DNA of 64,000 bases from a virus: the IMG/VR virus record IMGVR_UViG_3300003629_000001; one strand, written 5' to 3'. The notes below the pieces were generated by a model. That model saw only the letters and a program-made list of their open reading frames with translations, ran no database searches and was not told the DNA's origin. Positions 10,041 through 19,529 of the stretch are shown here, in pieces; the first letter of the stretch is position 1, and every line of letters begins with the position of its first letter. The position numbers were made by a program, and so were the translations under genes.

Positions 10041-10694
10041 ATGGAAATGAGCGAAATCACGATTACTGTAGACGAAGACGATGGGTCGGATTTGTTCGTA
10101 GAGACGCAAAAACGGCTCAATAGAATGGGACTTGAAGTTGCTGACGCTACCTCTCTCACGATTCAGGTGGACGGCGATTTAGACAACTTCGAGAGTGGAA
10201 CGTTCCGTGAAGTTCAGGAAGAAACCAAAGCCGCTGAAGTTACCGGCAACCCGGTCGAACTCGCTACTGAAGCGGCACGGGAAAACAACGAAGACGAAAA
10301 CAAAAACGTTCACAACGCTGGAACAAAGAACTCGAAGCGACCTGACGTTGACGAGATAGAGGAAGTGCTGGGGTCTACCGAATACGTCACGAAAGAACGA
10401 ATCATGCGAGACAATGGTGACAACCCGTACTTTCCGGTACTCGAAGTATTGTTCTCGTCGCGTGACCCGCTTCGTTCCGACCAGATATTCAAGTTGACCG
10501 AAGGTCGTGGTGAAGGCAACCTCAAACGGATGTGGAAAAACCACCTCGTAGACCGCCAAGAGAACGACGACGATACCCAGCACTGGCACAAATACACGCT
10601 CGCTCCGCGTGGCAAGGAACTCATTCTCGAAATCCGAAAGAAATGGTCACGAAGTGGACAACTCGAAGATAATATGGCCTCAATAATGGGGTAA
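10041..10694 (+). CDS. Putative winged-HTH DNA-binding protein
   Basis: The C-terminus VLEVL...SDQI...NLKRMWKNHLVDR...YTLAPRG follows a MarR-like wHTH pattern. TATA-like TTTAATA lies at ~10012. Confidence 0.55.
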   Translation: MEMSEITITVDEDDGSDLFVETQKRLNRMGLEVADATSLTIQVDGDLDNFESGTFREVQEETKAAEVTGNPVELATEAARENNEDENKNVHNAGTKNSKRPDVDEIEEVLGSTEYVTKERIMRDNGDNPYFPVLEVLFSSRDPLRSDQIFKLTEGRGEGNLKRMWKNHLVDRQENDDDTQHWHKYTLAPRGKELILEIRKKWSRSGQLEDNMASIMG

Positions 10695-10826
10695 GTGGCT
10701 TGTTAATAGCCGCCTAAAATGTTGAATCGGCTTCTCGAAATCTGAACTATGGGCACTTTTATAAGATACTAATTCTATAATGTAGGCTGTGGCAATGAGC
10801 GTATTGCCAAGAAGGTTCAAACAAGA

Positions 10827-11453
10827 ATGGCCGAAATAATCAACGAACTCCGCGAACGAGTCAAAGGAGAAAGTGACGAGGAGAAAAACGAGATTTACTA
10901 CACGCCGAAGCAGAAGAAGGTTCTCAAAACCATAGCCCAAAACCCGCACGCAAACGCGAGCGAAATTGCTGACATGGCTGGCGTTCATCCATCGTACATT
11001 CCGTACATCATTGAACGCGTTGACGAGGGTGTTGTGAATAACCTACATAGACTGGACGAATACCTCTCCGAGCGAGAGGAAATGCAAGATACCGAAGGGA
11101 GTCCAGTTCAACGAACCGAACCTGACGAAACGACTGCTGAACTTATGCAAACCTTCGGTGCTGGCGGTTCCAGTTCTGGACTGACCGCTTCCCAACGACC
11201 GACTATGGACGACCACAAGGTCGGCCCGGACGCAACCGAGTTCACGGTTACGAGAGAACTCCCTGTCCAAATCACAATCAAATTCCCCGAAGACGAAGAG
11301 ATTCAGAAACTCATTAAAGCAACCCCCGAACTTGCTGAAATCGACGCTTCCGAACTACAAGAAGCAGTCTCGAAACAAATCACCGAAGGCAAAATCGAAG
11401 AAGACGACAAATCCGAAGAAAGTGAGGAAAACGAAGAAGTTGCTTCTGCTTAG
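10827..11453 (+). CDS. HTH transcription regulator (AsnC/MarR-like N-terminal HTH)
   Basis: YTPKQKKVLKTIAQNPHANASEIADMAGVHPSYI; the gene is followed by a T-tract. Confidence 0.65.
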   Translation: MAEIINELRERVKGESDEEKNEIYYTPKQKKVLKTIAQNPHANASEIADMAGVHPSYIPYIIERVDEGVVNNLHRLDEYLSEREEMQDTEGSPVQRTEPDETTAELMQTFGAGGSSSGLTASQRPTMDDHKVGPDATEFTVTRELPVQITIKFPEDEEIQKLIKATPELAEIDASELQEAVSKQITEGKIEEDDKSEESEENEEVASA

Positions 11454-11519
11454 TTTTTCTTACCGCAACCATTTGCACCAATACGCCTAATAGCGGAAGC
11501 GCTATTCTGGTTGACTACC

Positions 11520-11560
11520 CATTCCCGTATAGGGGAAGACTTATGTTGATAGGGGTACTA
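11520..11560 (+). promoter_or_regulatory. Promoter with palindrome TTCCC-GTATAG-GGGAA, GACTTAT TATA-like box and a TGATA-GGGG-TACTA site
   Basis: A near-identical element lies at 59581-59605. It sits ~40 nt upstream of the ATG at 11584. Confidence 0.55.
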
Positions 11561-11583
11561 CTAATACATACGAGGTGCTTGAA

Positions 11584-12435
11584 ATGAGCCGAATTGAGAC
11601 AGACGCCGTAGAGGTACAAATTGTGAACAGCGCCGAAGATGTGGCCGAGGTAATGGGCCTCGACCTTGACGATGAATACGACGCCCAACGCGCCGCGCAC
11701 GTCTACACGGTCGTAGATGAGACAGACACCGTTGCCCTCGAACTCGAATCGTCGTGGTGGGGCAACGAAGCGTTCGGCGTATGGCAAGACTGGTTCGTCG
11801 TTCGCCCGGACAGTGTTTCCCCGAGCGGGAAAGCGCTATTCGTGGACGAGGGAACCAGCCTGAAAGACCCGGTAGACCACCTACGACGCGCTGACAGCCG
11901 GGCCGAGTCCGGTAACGGGTGGAACAGCAAAGCCGTCCGTCGCGCCCGTCACAAGGCGCTCAAGAACTGGGAAGACGCCTACGGCGTCGGCCCCGGACTC
12001 GGAGAAGGTCACGATGAACGCGACCGCTTCGCTGGCAAATCCGTCCCGCTCTCGGTCATTGAGACGGCGTTCGCCACTCCGGCGGACGAAGACAACCTCG
12101 TAATCGACAGCGAGAGTCAGCACGAAGGTACGATGGACGAAGGCGACGTGCGAGTCGTCGGCACGAAGGATACCCGCTACGGCCCGAAGTTCCGACTCGC
12201 GGGCGACACCTACGGCGCGTTCAAGGAAGACGAAATCGCGGACGAAATCGACTGGGATACCGCTCACCACACCTACGACGGAGACGAATGGGTGTGTGAC
12301 GTTGACGGCGTAGGTGCGGTAATCGAAGCCCTCGTCGCGGGCGGGTACACTGTCTCTGTCGATTCCGACCACGCGGCCCGTGTCGAAGAGACGCTGAACA
12401 AATCCAACACTATCGCGGATTCGTTCGGCGTGTAA
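11584..12435 (+). CDS. Hypothetical protein
   Basis: Acidic ORF with GC-rich codon usage and its own promoter. Confidence 0.7.
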   Translation: MSRIETDAVEVQIVNSAEDVAEVMGLDLDDEYDAQRAAHVYTVVDETDTVALELESSWWGNEAFGVWQDWFVVRPDSVSPSGKALFVDEGTSLKDPVDHLRRADSRAESGNGWNSKAVRRARHKALKNWEDAYGVGPGLGEGHDERDRFAGKSVPLSVIETAFATPADEDNLVIDSESQHEGTMDEGDVRVVGTKDTRYGPKFRLAGDTYGAFKEDEIADEIDWDTAHHTYDGDEWVCDVDGVGAVIEALVAGGYTVSVDSDHAARVEETLNKSNTIADSFGV

Positions 12436-12750
12436 TGCGGGTCGTTCTTTTCTATCGCACGCGTGGCTGTCTGTACCCCTATTGGTACGTACAGGATTTT
12501 GTAGACGGCTATGGTGTTGAAATGATTCGGTGCAAGAAATATGGGATTAAGAGCGAGGAAATTGAAGAGACGGCGACTCTCAAGAAGGATACGGAAGAAA
12601 TGTTCCTCGTTGCCACCGACGACGTGGAAAAGTCACTGTGTACGAAATATCTCTGGAAAGACTAATCATATTCTATTTTCCGATGATTTTATAACCCTAT
12701 AGAATCTGATTCAATTCAGGCGGAGCGCCCGCCACACCTACCACCCAACA

Positions 12751-13044
12751 ATGAACGACTTGACTGGATTCCAGCGTGACCTTCTCCGTGTTGCCGCTGG
12801 ACTTGACAAACCGAAAGGACTCGAAATCAAAGAGAAACTGGAATCGTACTACAATAGCGAAATCAACCACGGGCGTCTGTACCCGAATCTGGATACTCTG
12901 GTCGAAAAAGGGCTTCTTGAAAAAGGTCAGCACGACGAGCGGTCGAATGCGTACAAGGTGACGCGTCGGGGGAACCGCGAACTCAAAGACCGCGACGAGT
13001 GGAACGAGTCAGTGCGCGAAGTGACCGAAACCACCGCCGCGTAA
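12751..13044 (+). CDS. PadR-family transcription regulator (haloarchaeal type)
   Basis: MNDLTGFQRDLL...EINHGRLYPNLDTLVEKGLLEKG..D.RSNAY.VT.RG is the typical haloarchaeal PadR-like sequence. Confidence 0.9.
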   Translation: MNDLTGFQRDLLRVAAGLDKPKGLEIKEKLESYYNSEINHGRLYPNLDTLVEKGLLEKGQHDERSNAYKVTRRGNRELKDRDEWNESVREVTETTAA

Positions 13045-13208
13045 GACAACGATAGTCGATTTTTTGCCGCTTATTCTGAAATGGACGAGCGTCAGCCACA
13101 CCATTTTCCGTTAACCACCTCTCTCATTACCCATATTGGGCTTTGTAGTAGGGGTATTAGCAGAACCTTTTTAGTGAACACTATGAAACTATTGGACAGA
13201 GCCGACAT

Positions 13209-13373
13209 ATGGCCTGTCCCGAATGCGGAGAACCGGTTACACTAAGCAAGTCTCTCGTTCGAGGGAGCGAGGATACTGTTCAGAAGAACGAATCTCCTGA
13301 AGAGTGTTCCAATTGCGGCGCTGACCTTGACGACGAGGGAACCAGCGGCCACCGGCTTCGGAAGGGAATCTGA
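13209..13373 (+). CDS. Zn-finger microprotein (54 aa), not in ORF track
   Basis: MACPECGEPV...ECSNCGAD...RKGI*; first gene of the capsid operon, ending 2 nt before the next ATG. Confidence 0.6.
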   Translation: MACPECGEPVTLSKSLVRGSEDTVQKNESPEECSNCGADLDDEGTSGHRLRKGI

Positions 13374-13375
13374 CC

Positions 13376-15319
13376 ATGACCGGCCACAGTGAAGATTCGG
13401 TTGGCGATTTTGCTTCGTCGGTTCTTGAAGCAAACTCAAATATCGACAAGAGTACGGCAAAGGCGATTGCTCAAGCACAAGTAACAGGTGACAATACAGC
13501 ACTCGCACAGATACTCAAAGACGCCGGAGCGGAAGACTGGATTGGAACGGTTCAGAAAATCAGTTCTCAAGGCACTGACCCCGAAGTTCTCGTTAATATC
13601 GTCAGCAAGATTACGAGCGGTGGCTACGAAGACGAAGTGTCTACTCGTCAGTCATTCGCCAAGTCCGACACGATTGAGAAAGTCGGGTTCGACGCACAGG
13701 TTACGTCTCAAGCGACGGTCTTCAAAGCGGACGGAGATTTCGTTGTATGGGGGCCAGCCAGCGTTGAAGTGGTTGACAAGGAAGGCGACCGTATCAAGGC
13801 GAAAGCGCTTGAAAAAGCCCTTCCACAACTGCTGAAGCGTGCGCGTCTGTCTTTGGAACACTCCGACCAATTGGTTGGAAAGATTCTGGAACGGTTCGAT
13901 ACAGACGAACCCGTGACGGTAGAGGTAGGAGATAAGACCTTTGAACGGTCTGATTTCCCTACCGACGTACTCGAACTGGACGGCATGGAACCAGCACTTT
14001 TCGTTGCTGGTGAAATCTACGACGACACTCGTCAGGCTCAAGAAACGCGTAAGCGGATTGAGAATGGCGAATTGGATTCTTATTCCATTTCTGGTGAAGC
14101 ACTCGTAACCCGCAAGAAAATCTCCGACGGGGAAGCCCATGACGACATTGTTGACATGGACTTGTCCGCCGTGACGATTTGCGAACAGGGAATGAATCAG
14201 AAGGCGAAGTTCGGAGTAGTTTCTGATTCTGATACGGGTATTACCACCAGAAGCGCGGAAGCCGGAGTCAATGACGCGAACGGAAGTAGCAGAGGCCCTT
14301 CGGCGGACGCCGTTGGAACTGTAGCGGCCAAGGCAATCTCAAAAACAATGAGCAACAACAACGACGGCGACTCCTCCGGGGGCTTCAGCATGGAAGACCT
14401 TCAGGGTGAGTTCAAGTCCGTTCTGGACGACAAACTCCCCGACGGAGAACTCGCCACGAAAGAGAGTATGCGGGAAGTGGCCCGCGACGTGTATCAAGAG
14501 GAAAAGCAAGACGAGGAAGTTCCCCCGGAAATGCGGGAAGAGGAACCCGAAGAGGAAGAAGAGGAAGAGGTTCCCCCGGAAGAGGAAATGGAAGAGAAGC
14601 AGGTTCCTGAAGCGCTCGGTATGCTTCAGGACGAGTACCCGAACCTGACCGAAGAAAAACTCCGCTCTATGCTTGAGAGTCAAGCAGGCGGGAACGGTGG
14701 CGGCGGCGGGAACGGCGGTGGGGGCAACTCCGGCGGCGGTTCCGGCGGCGGCAACGGTGGCGGTGGCGGCGGTGGCGGCGGAAGCCAGCCCCCCGCTGGT
14801 CAGAAGGGCGAGTGTCCCGAGTGCGGCGCTCCCGAGGGCAAGTGCGACTGTCAGTCCAAGGAAGACCGCGCTGGCGACCAAGACATGACTGACGAGGGTC
14901 AGTCCGAAGAGTACGAAGACCGCGAAGACCCCATCGAAACCGACGACGAGGGTGTCCCCGAGACGCGAACCCATGAAGAAAAGCAGGGTTACGGGGCCGA
15001 CGAACTCGAAGAAGTGCTTCCCGGCGACGTGTGGGAAGTAGTTCGAGAGTACCTTGACGAAGGTGGCGACATGGGTGAAGAGGAAGAAATGGGTGGCCCG
15101 GCAATGGAAGAAGAGGGCGAACCCGCCGTTGACATTGAGGCCGCTGACGACGCGACTATCGAAGCCGCTGTCGAAAAGGTTCTCAATGGCAAAGGTCTGA
15201 ACAAGGCGGGCGGCGCGGAAGCCCCGTCCGGTGACGCCGAAAAGTCCTACGACGAGAGCCACGGCGACCAAGGGGCGCACGGTGGCAACCCCGCTCTCGC
15301 AAACTTCTACGAGGAATAA
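13376..15319 (+). CDS. Prohead protease (XkdF/HK97-like serine protease) fused to scaffold
   Basis: VVWGPASVEVVDKEGD, LEHSDQLVG, GELDSYSISG and LSAVTICEQGMN, followed by an acidic low-complexity C-terminal half. Immediately upstream of the MCP. Confidence 0.85.
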   Translation: MTGHSEDSVGDFASSVLEANSNIDKSTAKAIAQAQVTGDNTALAQILKDAGAEDWIGTVQKISSQGTDPEVLVNIVSKITSGGYEDEVSTRQSFAKSDTIEKVGFDAQVTSQATVFKADGDFVVWGPASVEVVDKEGDRIKAKALEKALPQLLKRARLSLEHSDQLVGKILERFDTDEPVTVEVGDKTFERSDFPTDVLELDGMEPALFVAGEIYDDTRQAQETRKRIENGELDSYSISGEALVTRKKISDGEAHDDIVDMDLSAVTICEQGMNQKAKFGVVSDSDTGITTRSAEAGVNDANGSSRGPSADAVGTVAAKAISKTMSNNNDGDSSGGFSMEDLQGEFKSVLDDKLPDGELATKESMREVARDVYQEEKQDEEVPPEMREEEPEEEEEEEVPPEEEMEEKQVPEALGMLQDEYPNLTEEKLRSMLESQAGGNGGGGGNGGGGNSGGGSGGGNGGGGGGGGGSQPPAGQKGECPECGAPEGKCDCQSKEDRAGDQDMTDEGQSEEYEDREDPIETDDEGVPETRTHEEKQGYGADELEEVLPGDVWEVVREYLDEGGDMGEEEEMGGPAMEEEGEPAVDIEAADDATIEAAVEKVLNGKGLNKAGGAEAPSGDAEKSYDESHGDQGAHGGNPALANFYEE

Positions 15320-15326
15320 CAACACA

Positions 15327-16667
15327 ATGAGCCAAGCATACGAACTCACGAAGGCACAGTTGACGAAGCAACAGAAACTCATGAAGTCGAAGCCCGCCCG
15401 GAAGTTCCTCAAGAAGCGGCAACTTGAGCGCTCGTCCGTGGGCAACGGCTACTACAAGACTCAAGCCCGTTCCCCGAACGGGTCGGAGCCGGGTGAAATC
15501 CAGAAGGCGGACGGATACATCCGAACGGTCAACGACATGATTGACTACTGGTACGGGTTCGTCCCCGAGTACCAGTCCGCGCAAAAGAGCGACCGACTGG
15601 GGAAGCAGGACGACCCCATGCTCACGACCGACAGCGGTGTGCGGAACGCCGTCTACGGGTCGGAAGTGTTCTCGCTCGTTAACTCCGAGCCGAACATCTT
15701 CGCGCTTCTCGAAAACCGTGCGTGGACGAAGAGTGGCGAGCGTATCGTCACCGACCACGGCCACGCCGACGGTTCCGGTGGCACGGCGGAGAACGCGACT
15801 CTCCCCGAAACCGACCACCCGGAACTCGACCAGTTCGAGACGGACGCCAAGACCGTCGCTCACAACTTCGACGTGAGTCAAGCCAAGCAACTGCTGGCTG
15901 ACACGGACGACGACGACCTTGACGACCCCTTCGACTGGCTTCGCCGCTGGTACGGTACTGGTACGGAACACCAGACCGGTATGGGTGAACACCCGAAGCA
16001 CATCAACGAGCAACTCGGTTCGCCCGTTGACTCCCCGGCTGGCGACGACATGGAGTCTATCGACCGCGCAATCTCGAACTCGGCGGAGTCCAGTATCCTC
16101 TCGGACGCTGGCGACAACGACATTTACGGGTTCGACCGCTCGTCCGGTGAGTTCGAGTCGAACGTCCTCGAAAACGGTGGGACGACCCGCACGTTCGTTC
16201 TGGACGACCTTGACGACATGATTCGTGAGGTCAAGGAGAACAGTGGTAAGCGGCCTGTCAGCGACGACAACTACTTCTTCCTGACCAACCACGACACCTA
16301 CCAGCGTATCGAAGACGAGGTGGGTGGCAAGGAACGTCTCGAACCCCAGCGCGTCAGCGTCGGTCTGAACGGCGTCGAAACCGTTCCCGGTGACGACGTT
16401 GGTATCACCGTCCAGTCCTACAAGCAGATTCCGATTTTCGAGTCGGAAGACGTGGCGAAGGACGGTATCGGTCGGGTCTACCTCATTGACTCGTCCACCA
16501 TGTATATCAAGACCCTGCTTCCGACCCAGTTCTACAGCACTGGTACGGAAGTTGACGGGAACCCGTTCGGAATTGACCGTCTCGGAAACGAGGGTATGTT
16601 CGTCACCATTGGCGAACTCGCTATGGTCAACCCGTCCGCGCACTGCAAACTCCGCGACTTGGAATAA
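15327..16667 (+). CDS. Major capsid protein (HK97 fold) with Lys-rich N-terminal propeptide
   Basis: Position after protease, 446 aa, strongly biased codons, and the C-terminal pattern YKQIPIF..D...VYLID ... GELAMVNPSAHCKLRDL. Confidence 0.85.
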   Translation: MSQAYELTKAQLTKQQKLMKSKPARKFLKKRQLERSSVGNGYYKTQARSPNGSEPGEIQKADGYIRTVNDMIDYWYGFVPEYQSAQKSDRLGKQDDPMLTTDSGVRNAVYGSEVFSLVNSEPNIFALLENRAWTKSGERIVTDHGHADGSGGTAENATLPETDHPELDQFETDAKTVAHNFDVSQAKQLLADTDDDDLDDPFDWLRRWYGTGTEHQTGMGEHPKHINEQLGSPVDSPAGDDMESIDRAISNSAESSILSDAGDNDIYGFDRSSGEFESNVLENGGTTRTFVLDDLDDMIREVKENSGKRPVSDDNYFFLTNHDTYQRIEDEVGGKERLEPQRVSVGLNGVETVPGDDVGITVQSYKQIPIFESEDVAKDGIGRVYLIDSSTMYIKTLLPTQFYSTGTEVDGNPFGIDRLGNEGMFVTIGELAMVNPSAHCKLRDLE

Positions 16668-16710
16668 TAGCCTTATTCCGAGTTAGGGGTCTGATACCCC
16701 AACTCTCAAA

Positions 16711-17091
16711 ATGAAAGTAGCAACCGCCCAATACACAGGCCGAAGCCGCTCCCATAACCGAACGGGGCCGAGTGGTAACGAATACCGCTTCACCCGCACG
16801 GTTGATGGGGAACCGAGAGCCACCGCTATTTACGCTGTTGAAGACGCCGAGCGATTCGCTTCGCTGGGTGTGTTCGAGGTGGAATGGACGGCTCAAGGCA
16901 AACTCGCTCGCATGGCGGGCGACTCCGTTCAGGAAGCGGGTTCGCTTCTGAAAGACCTGTCGTACCGCGAGAAACAGCGGCTCACCAGCGCTCTCAATCT
17001 GGAAGTGAAAGGGAACGCCCCCGAGGAAGAACTGACCGAAGCGCTGGCCCCTGCTGTGGAAGAAATGACGGATTCAATTGAGCAACCCTGA
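16711..17091 (+). CDS. Putative capsid-associated protein
   Basis: Directly follows the MCP; call rests on position. Confidence 0.5.
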   Translation: MKVATAQYTGRSRSHNRTGPSGNEYRFTRTVDGEPRATAIYAVEDAERFASLGVFEVEWTAQGKLARMAGDSVQEAGSLLKDLSYREKQRLTSALNLEVKGNAPEEELTEALAPAVEEMTDSIEQP

Positions 17092-17100
17092 CACACAACA

Positions 17101-17454
17101 ATGACCCGAGACATTAGCGTCACCTCTACCGAGTTCCTTGGTGCGGTCAAGACTCGCTTTGTGGACGTGGACATTACCAACTACGACGACGACGCGGGCG
17201 GCGACGGCGAGTCGTTCACCCCGTCTGACGTTGGTATGAACCGCTTCCAGAAAGTGAACGCCGAGGTAATCTACGGAAGCGGTGACGCAACGACTGTCGT
17301 GAATTGCGTAGCACAGTATGACGAAAGCACCGGAGCGATTCGGCTTCTGGTTCAGTCCGACAACAGTGGTTCGGACGCTAACACCGAACTGGTCGAACTC
17401 GCTGGAAACAACAACGAAGGCGCTCTCGTTCGCCTTGCGTGCATGGGTAGGTAA
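17101..17454 (+). CDS. Putative head decoration or minor structural protein
   Basis: Beta-rich 117-aa ORF in the head module. Confidence 0.5.
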   Translation: MTRDISVTSTEFLGAVKTRFVDVDITNYDDDAGGDGESFTPSDVGMNRFQKVNAEVIYGSGDATTVVNCVAQYDESTGAIRLLVQSDNSGSDANTELVELAGNNNEGALVRLACMGR

Positions 17455-17460
17455 CTATCC

Positions 17461-17889
17461 ATGAGTCGTCCCGGTAGCAAAAAGAGCAACGACGGGGCGA
17501 CCGCCACGGGGGCTGGTGAAGCACACTTCACCCGCGCCCACACAGCCGTAGGTGTATTCGTCGTAGCACAGAACCTTGACCCCAGTAACGACACGCTCGA
17601 AGTGTCGCTTGAGGGTGGGTTCAATTACGGCAATGACACGTACTTCACACCACTCTTCCGAAAAGACAATTCCGTTGTTCAGGTGACTGACAGCGAAATG
17701 TCCGACAAGGACGGTGACGGTACGTACACTGGATTCGTATGGGAATCGAACGTTCCCGTCGAACAGGTTCGAGCGCGAATCGACACGTTCACCGACAGCG
17801 CCAGTAGTGACTTGTCAGTCGATACCTACGTGCTAATGAGCAACAACGCGAGTGGTGGCGGACACTCCTTCGAGGAAGACTCGAATTAG
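17461..17889 (+). CDS. Putative minor structural protein
   Basis: Beta-rich, T/S/G-rich ORF in the head module. Confidence 0.5.
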   Translation: MSRPGSKKSNDGATATGAGEAHFTRAHTAVGVFVVAQNLDPSNDTLEVSLEGGFNYGNDTYFTPLFRKDNSVVQVTDSEMSDKDGDGTYTGFVWESNVPVEQVRARIDTFTDSASSDLSVDTYVLMSNNASGGGHSFEEDSN

Positions 17890-17893
17890 CCCT

Positions 17894-18274
17894 ATGGTGG
17901 GCATTTCGGACGTTATCTCATTCGTTTTCTCAAATCCCGAGTTCGGATGGATAATCGTCCTCGCCTACGTGGCTTACGAACTCCGTGGCGAACGGGGCCG
18001 TATCTACAAACTGGACAAGAAGATTACCAGTTCAATCGTTGTGATACGGGCGTTGTCACGTCAAGGCGCGGAAGGCGTAGACGAAGAAATCGTAGACGAG
18101 TATCTTGTCGAAAACGGAATGGAACCCGAGGATTTCATGAAAGGAGAGGAAGACGGAGATTCGCGGGCGGATTCGTCCAACGGTTCCTACCCAGCACGGA
18201 GTGACGGCGAAGGCCCATTCGACCTTGACGACGTGATAGGCGAAGAGGGCGACCGAGGAAAGGAAGGAACGTAG
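17894..18274 (+). CDS. Small membrane protein (possibly lysis-related)
   Basis: Hydrophobic N-terminus VISFVFSNPEFGWIIVLAYVAY followed by an acidic tail. Confidence 0.45.
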   Translation: MVGISDVISFVFSNPEFGWIIVLAYVAYELRGERGRIYKLDKKITSSIVVIRALSRQGAEGVDEEIVDEYLVENGMEPEDFMKGEEDGDSRADSSNGSYPARSDGEGPFDLDDVIGEEGDRGKEGT

Positions 18275-18321
18275 CCAACCGAGATTTTAGGCGGCGTGGC
18301 TGACAATAGGGATAATAACGC

Positions 18322-18999
18322 ATGGCAATCATACCAAACAACGAAGACGGCTATTGTGAGCCGAAGGACGTAGCACGCTATTTCAGGACTCTTGAGGATA
18401 GCGACGGCTTCGCTTTCGACTCGAACCCCAGCGAAGAGGAAGTGAAGGACTTTATTATTGAAAATTCCGCTCGAATCGACAAAGAGACGGGTCACGCATG
18501 GCGTGAGCGGAAGGTCGAAGAGGAATACCACGACCTTGAGGGCCTGTACTACTACTGGGCCGGGACGCCGATTCACCTACAGAAGCGAGAGGTTCGCACG
18601 CCGATGGACGCTTCCAAAGGCGACAAGGTAGAAGTGTTCGACGGCAACGAATGGGAAGAATGGGTCGGTAGCAGTACCTATACTGAAGGCCGTGGTGACA
18701 ACGGCGACTACTGGGTTCAGGAAACCGAGGGAACGCTTCACATCTATCGGCGGGCGCTCTGGTTCGAGAAGTACCGAGGGCTTCGGATTTCGTACCGGTA
18801 CGGGGCCGAGAAAATTCCGAAGGACGTGCAAATGGCCTGTGCGAAACTCACCGCCGCTGACCTGATTCGTACAGACCTGTTTGGCGACCTTCTCCCGGCT
18901 GGTAGTCAGAACTCCGTCAATCCCACTGAAGCCGCCCAGCAACTCGAAGAGGCCGCATGGAAAGGTCTTGACCGGCGGGCCGAGGTGCGTACCTTCTAA
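18322..18999 (+). CDS. Head-tail adaptor (gp6/gp15-like)
   Basis: YCEPKDVARY, ARIDKETGHAW and YRYGAEKIPKDVQMACAKL; position after the head genes. Confidence 0.75.
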   Translation: MAIIPNNEDGYCEPKDVARYFRTLEDSDGFAFDSNPSEEEVKDFIIENSARIDKETGHAWRERKVEEEYHDLEGLYYYWAGTPIHLQKREVRTPMDASKGDKVEVFDGNEWEEWVGSSTYTEGRGDNGDYWVQETEGTLHIYRRALWFEKYRGLRISYRYGAEKIPKDVQMACAKLTAADLIRTDLFGDLLPAGSQNSVNPTEAAQQLEEAAWKGLDRRAEVRTF

Positions 19000-19529
19000 T
19001 GCCAGTCAATTTCGAGAAGGAAGCCGAACTGGAAGATATTTTCGGCGGCCTGATAGGCTGGGAAGGTACGATTCAGTACGAAGCACCCTACGCGCTGTAC
19101 GTCGAATACGATACGGCCTACGGTGGGACAAAGCCACCGTTTGAACCGATTCACAAATGGGTACAACGAAACTGGTCAGATATTCACCCGGCGATTATCG
19201 ACATGACCAGCAACGAAAACAAGCCGCTCTCGCGGTCTGACCACGAAGAGCGGGTTGCGTGGTTCATCGTAGAGCAAATCGCTGAAAGTGGCATTGACGG
19301 CGTTCACTTCGCCCAGCGCTCACTTGACCACGGGAAAGACCAAGCCAACAAGATAGTCGGAAAATACGCTGACAGCGACGACACGGACGCTCACCGGAAG
19401 ATAGCCGAAGAGTTGACAGAAATGATGTTCGACTACTCACAGGACATTATTGACGAGGAAGCGAAAGACACCGAGACGCTGAAAGATAGTGGGTCGTGGG
19501 AGATTCGGAAAGGCGAGGGTGAATCATGA
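18999..19529 (+). CDS. Neck protein (HK97 gp10-like)
   Basis: YEAPYALYVEYDT..KPPFEPI..W motif. Confidence 0.65.
   Translation: MPVNFEKEAELEDIFGGLIGWEGTIQYEAPYALYVEYDTAYGGTKPPFEPIHKWVQRNWSDIHPAIIDMTSNENKPLSRSDHEERVAWFIVEQIAESGIDGVHFAQRSLDHGKDQANKIVGKYADSDDTDAHRKIAEELTEMMFDYSQDIIDEEAKDTETLKDSGSWEIRKGEGES

Noticed and set aside
14339-16643. Long minus-strand ORFs (14339..15445, 15183..16643; also 30207..31151, 31208..32743, 6677..7600)
   Set aside because: They are shadow ORFs of strongly codon-biased plus-strand genes, with non-acidic composition and no motifs.
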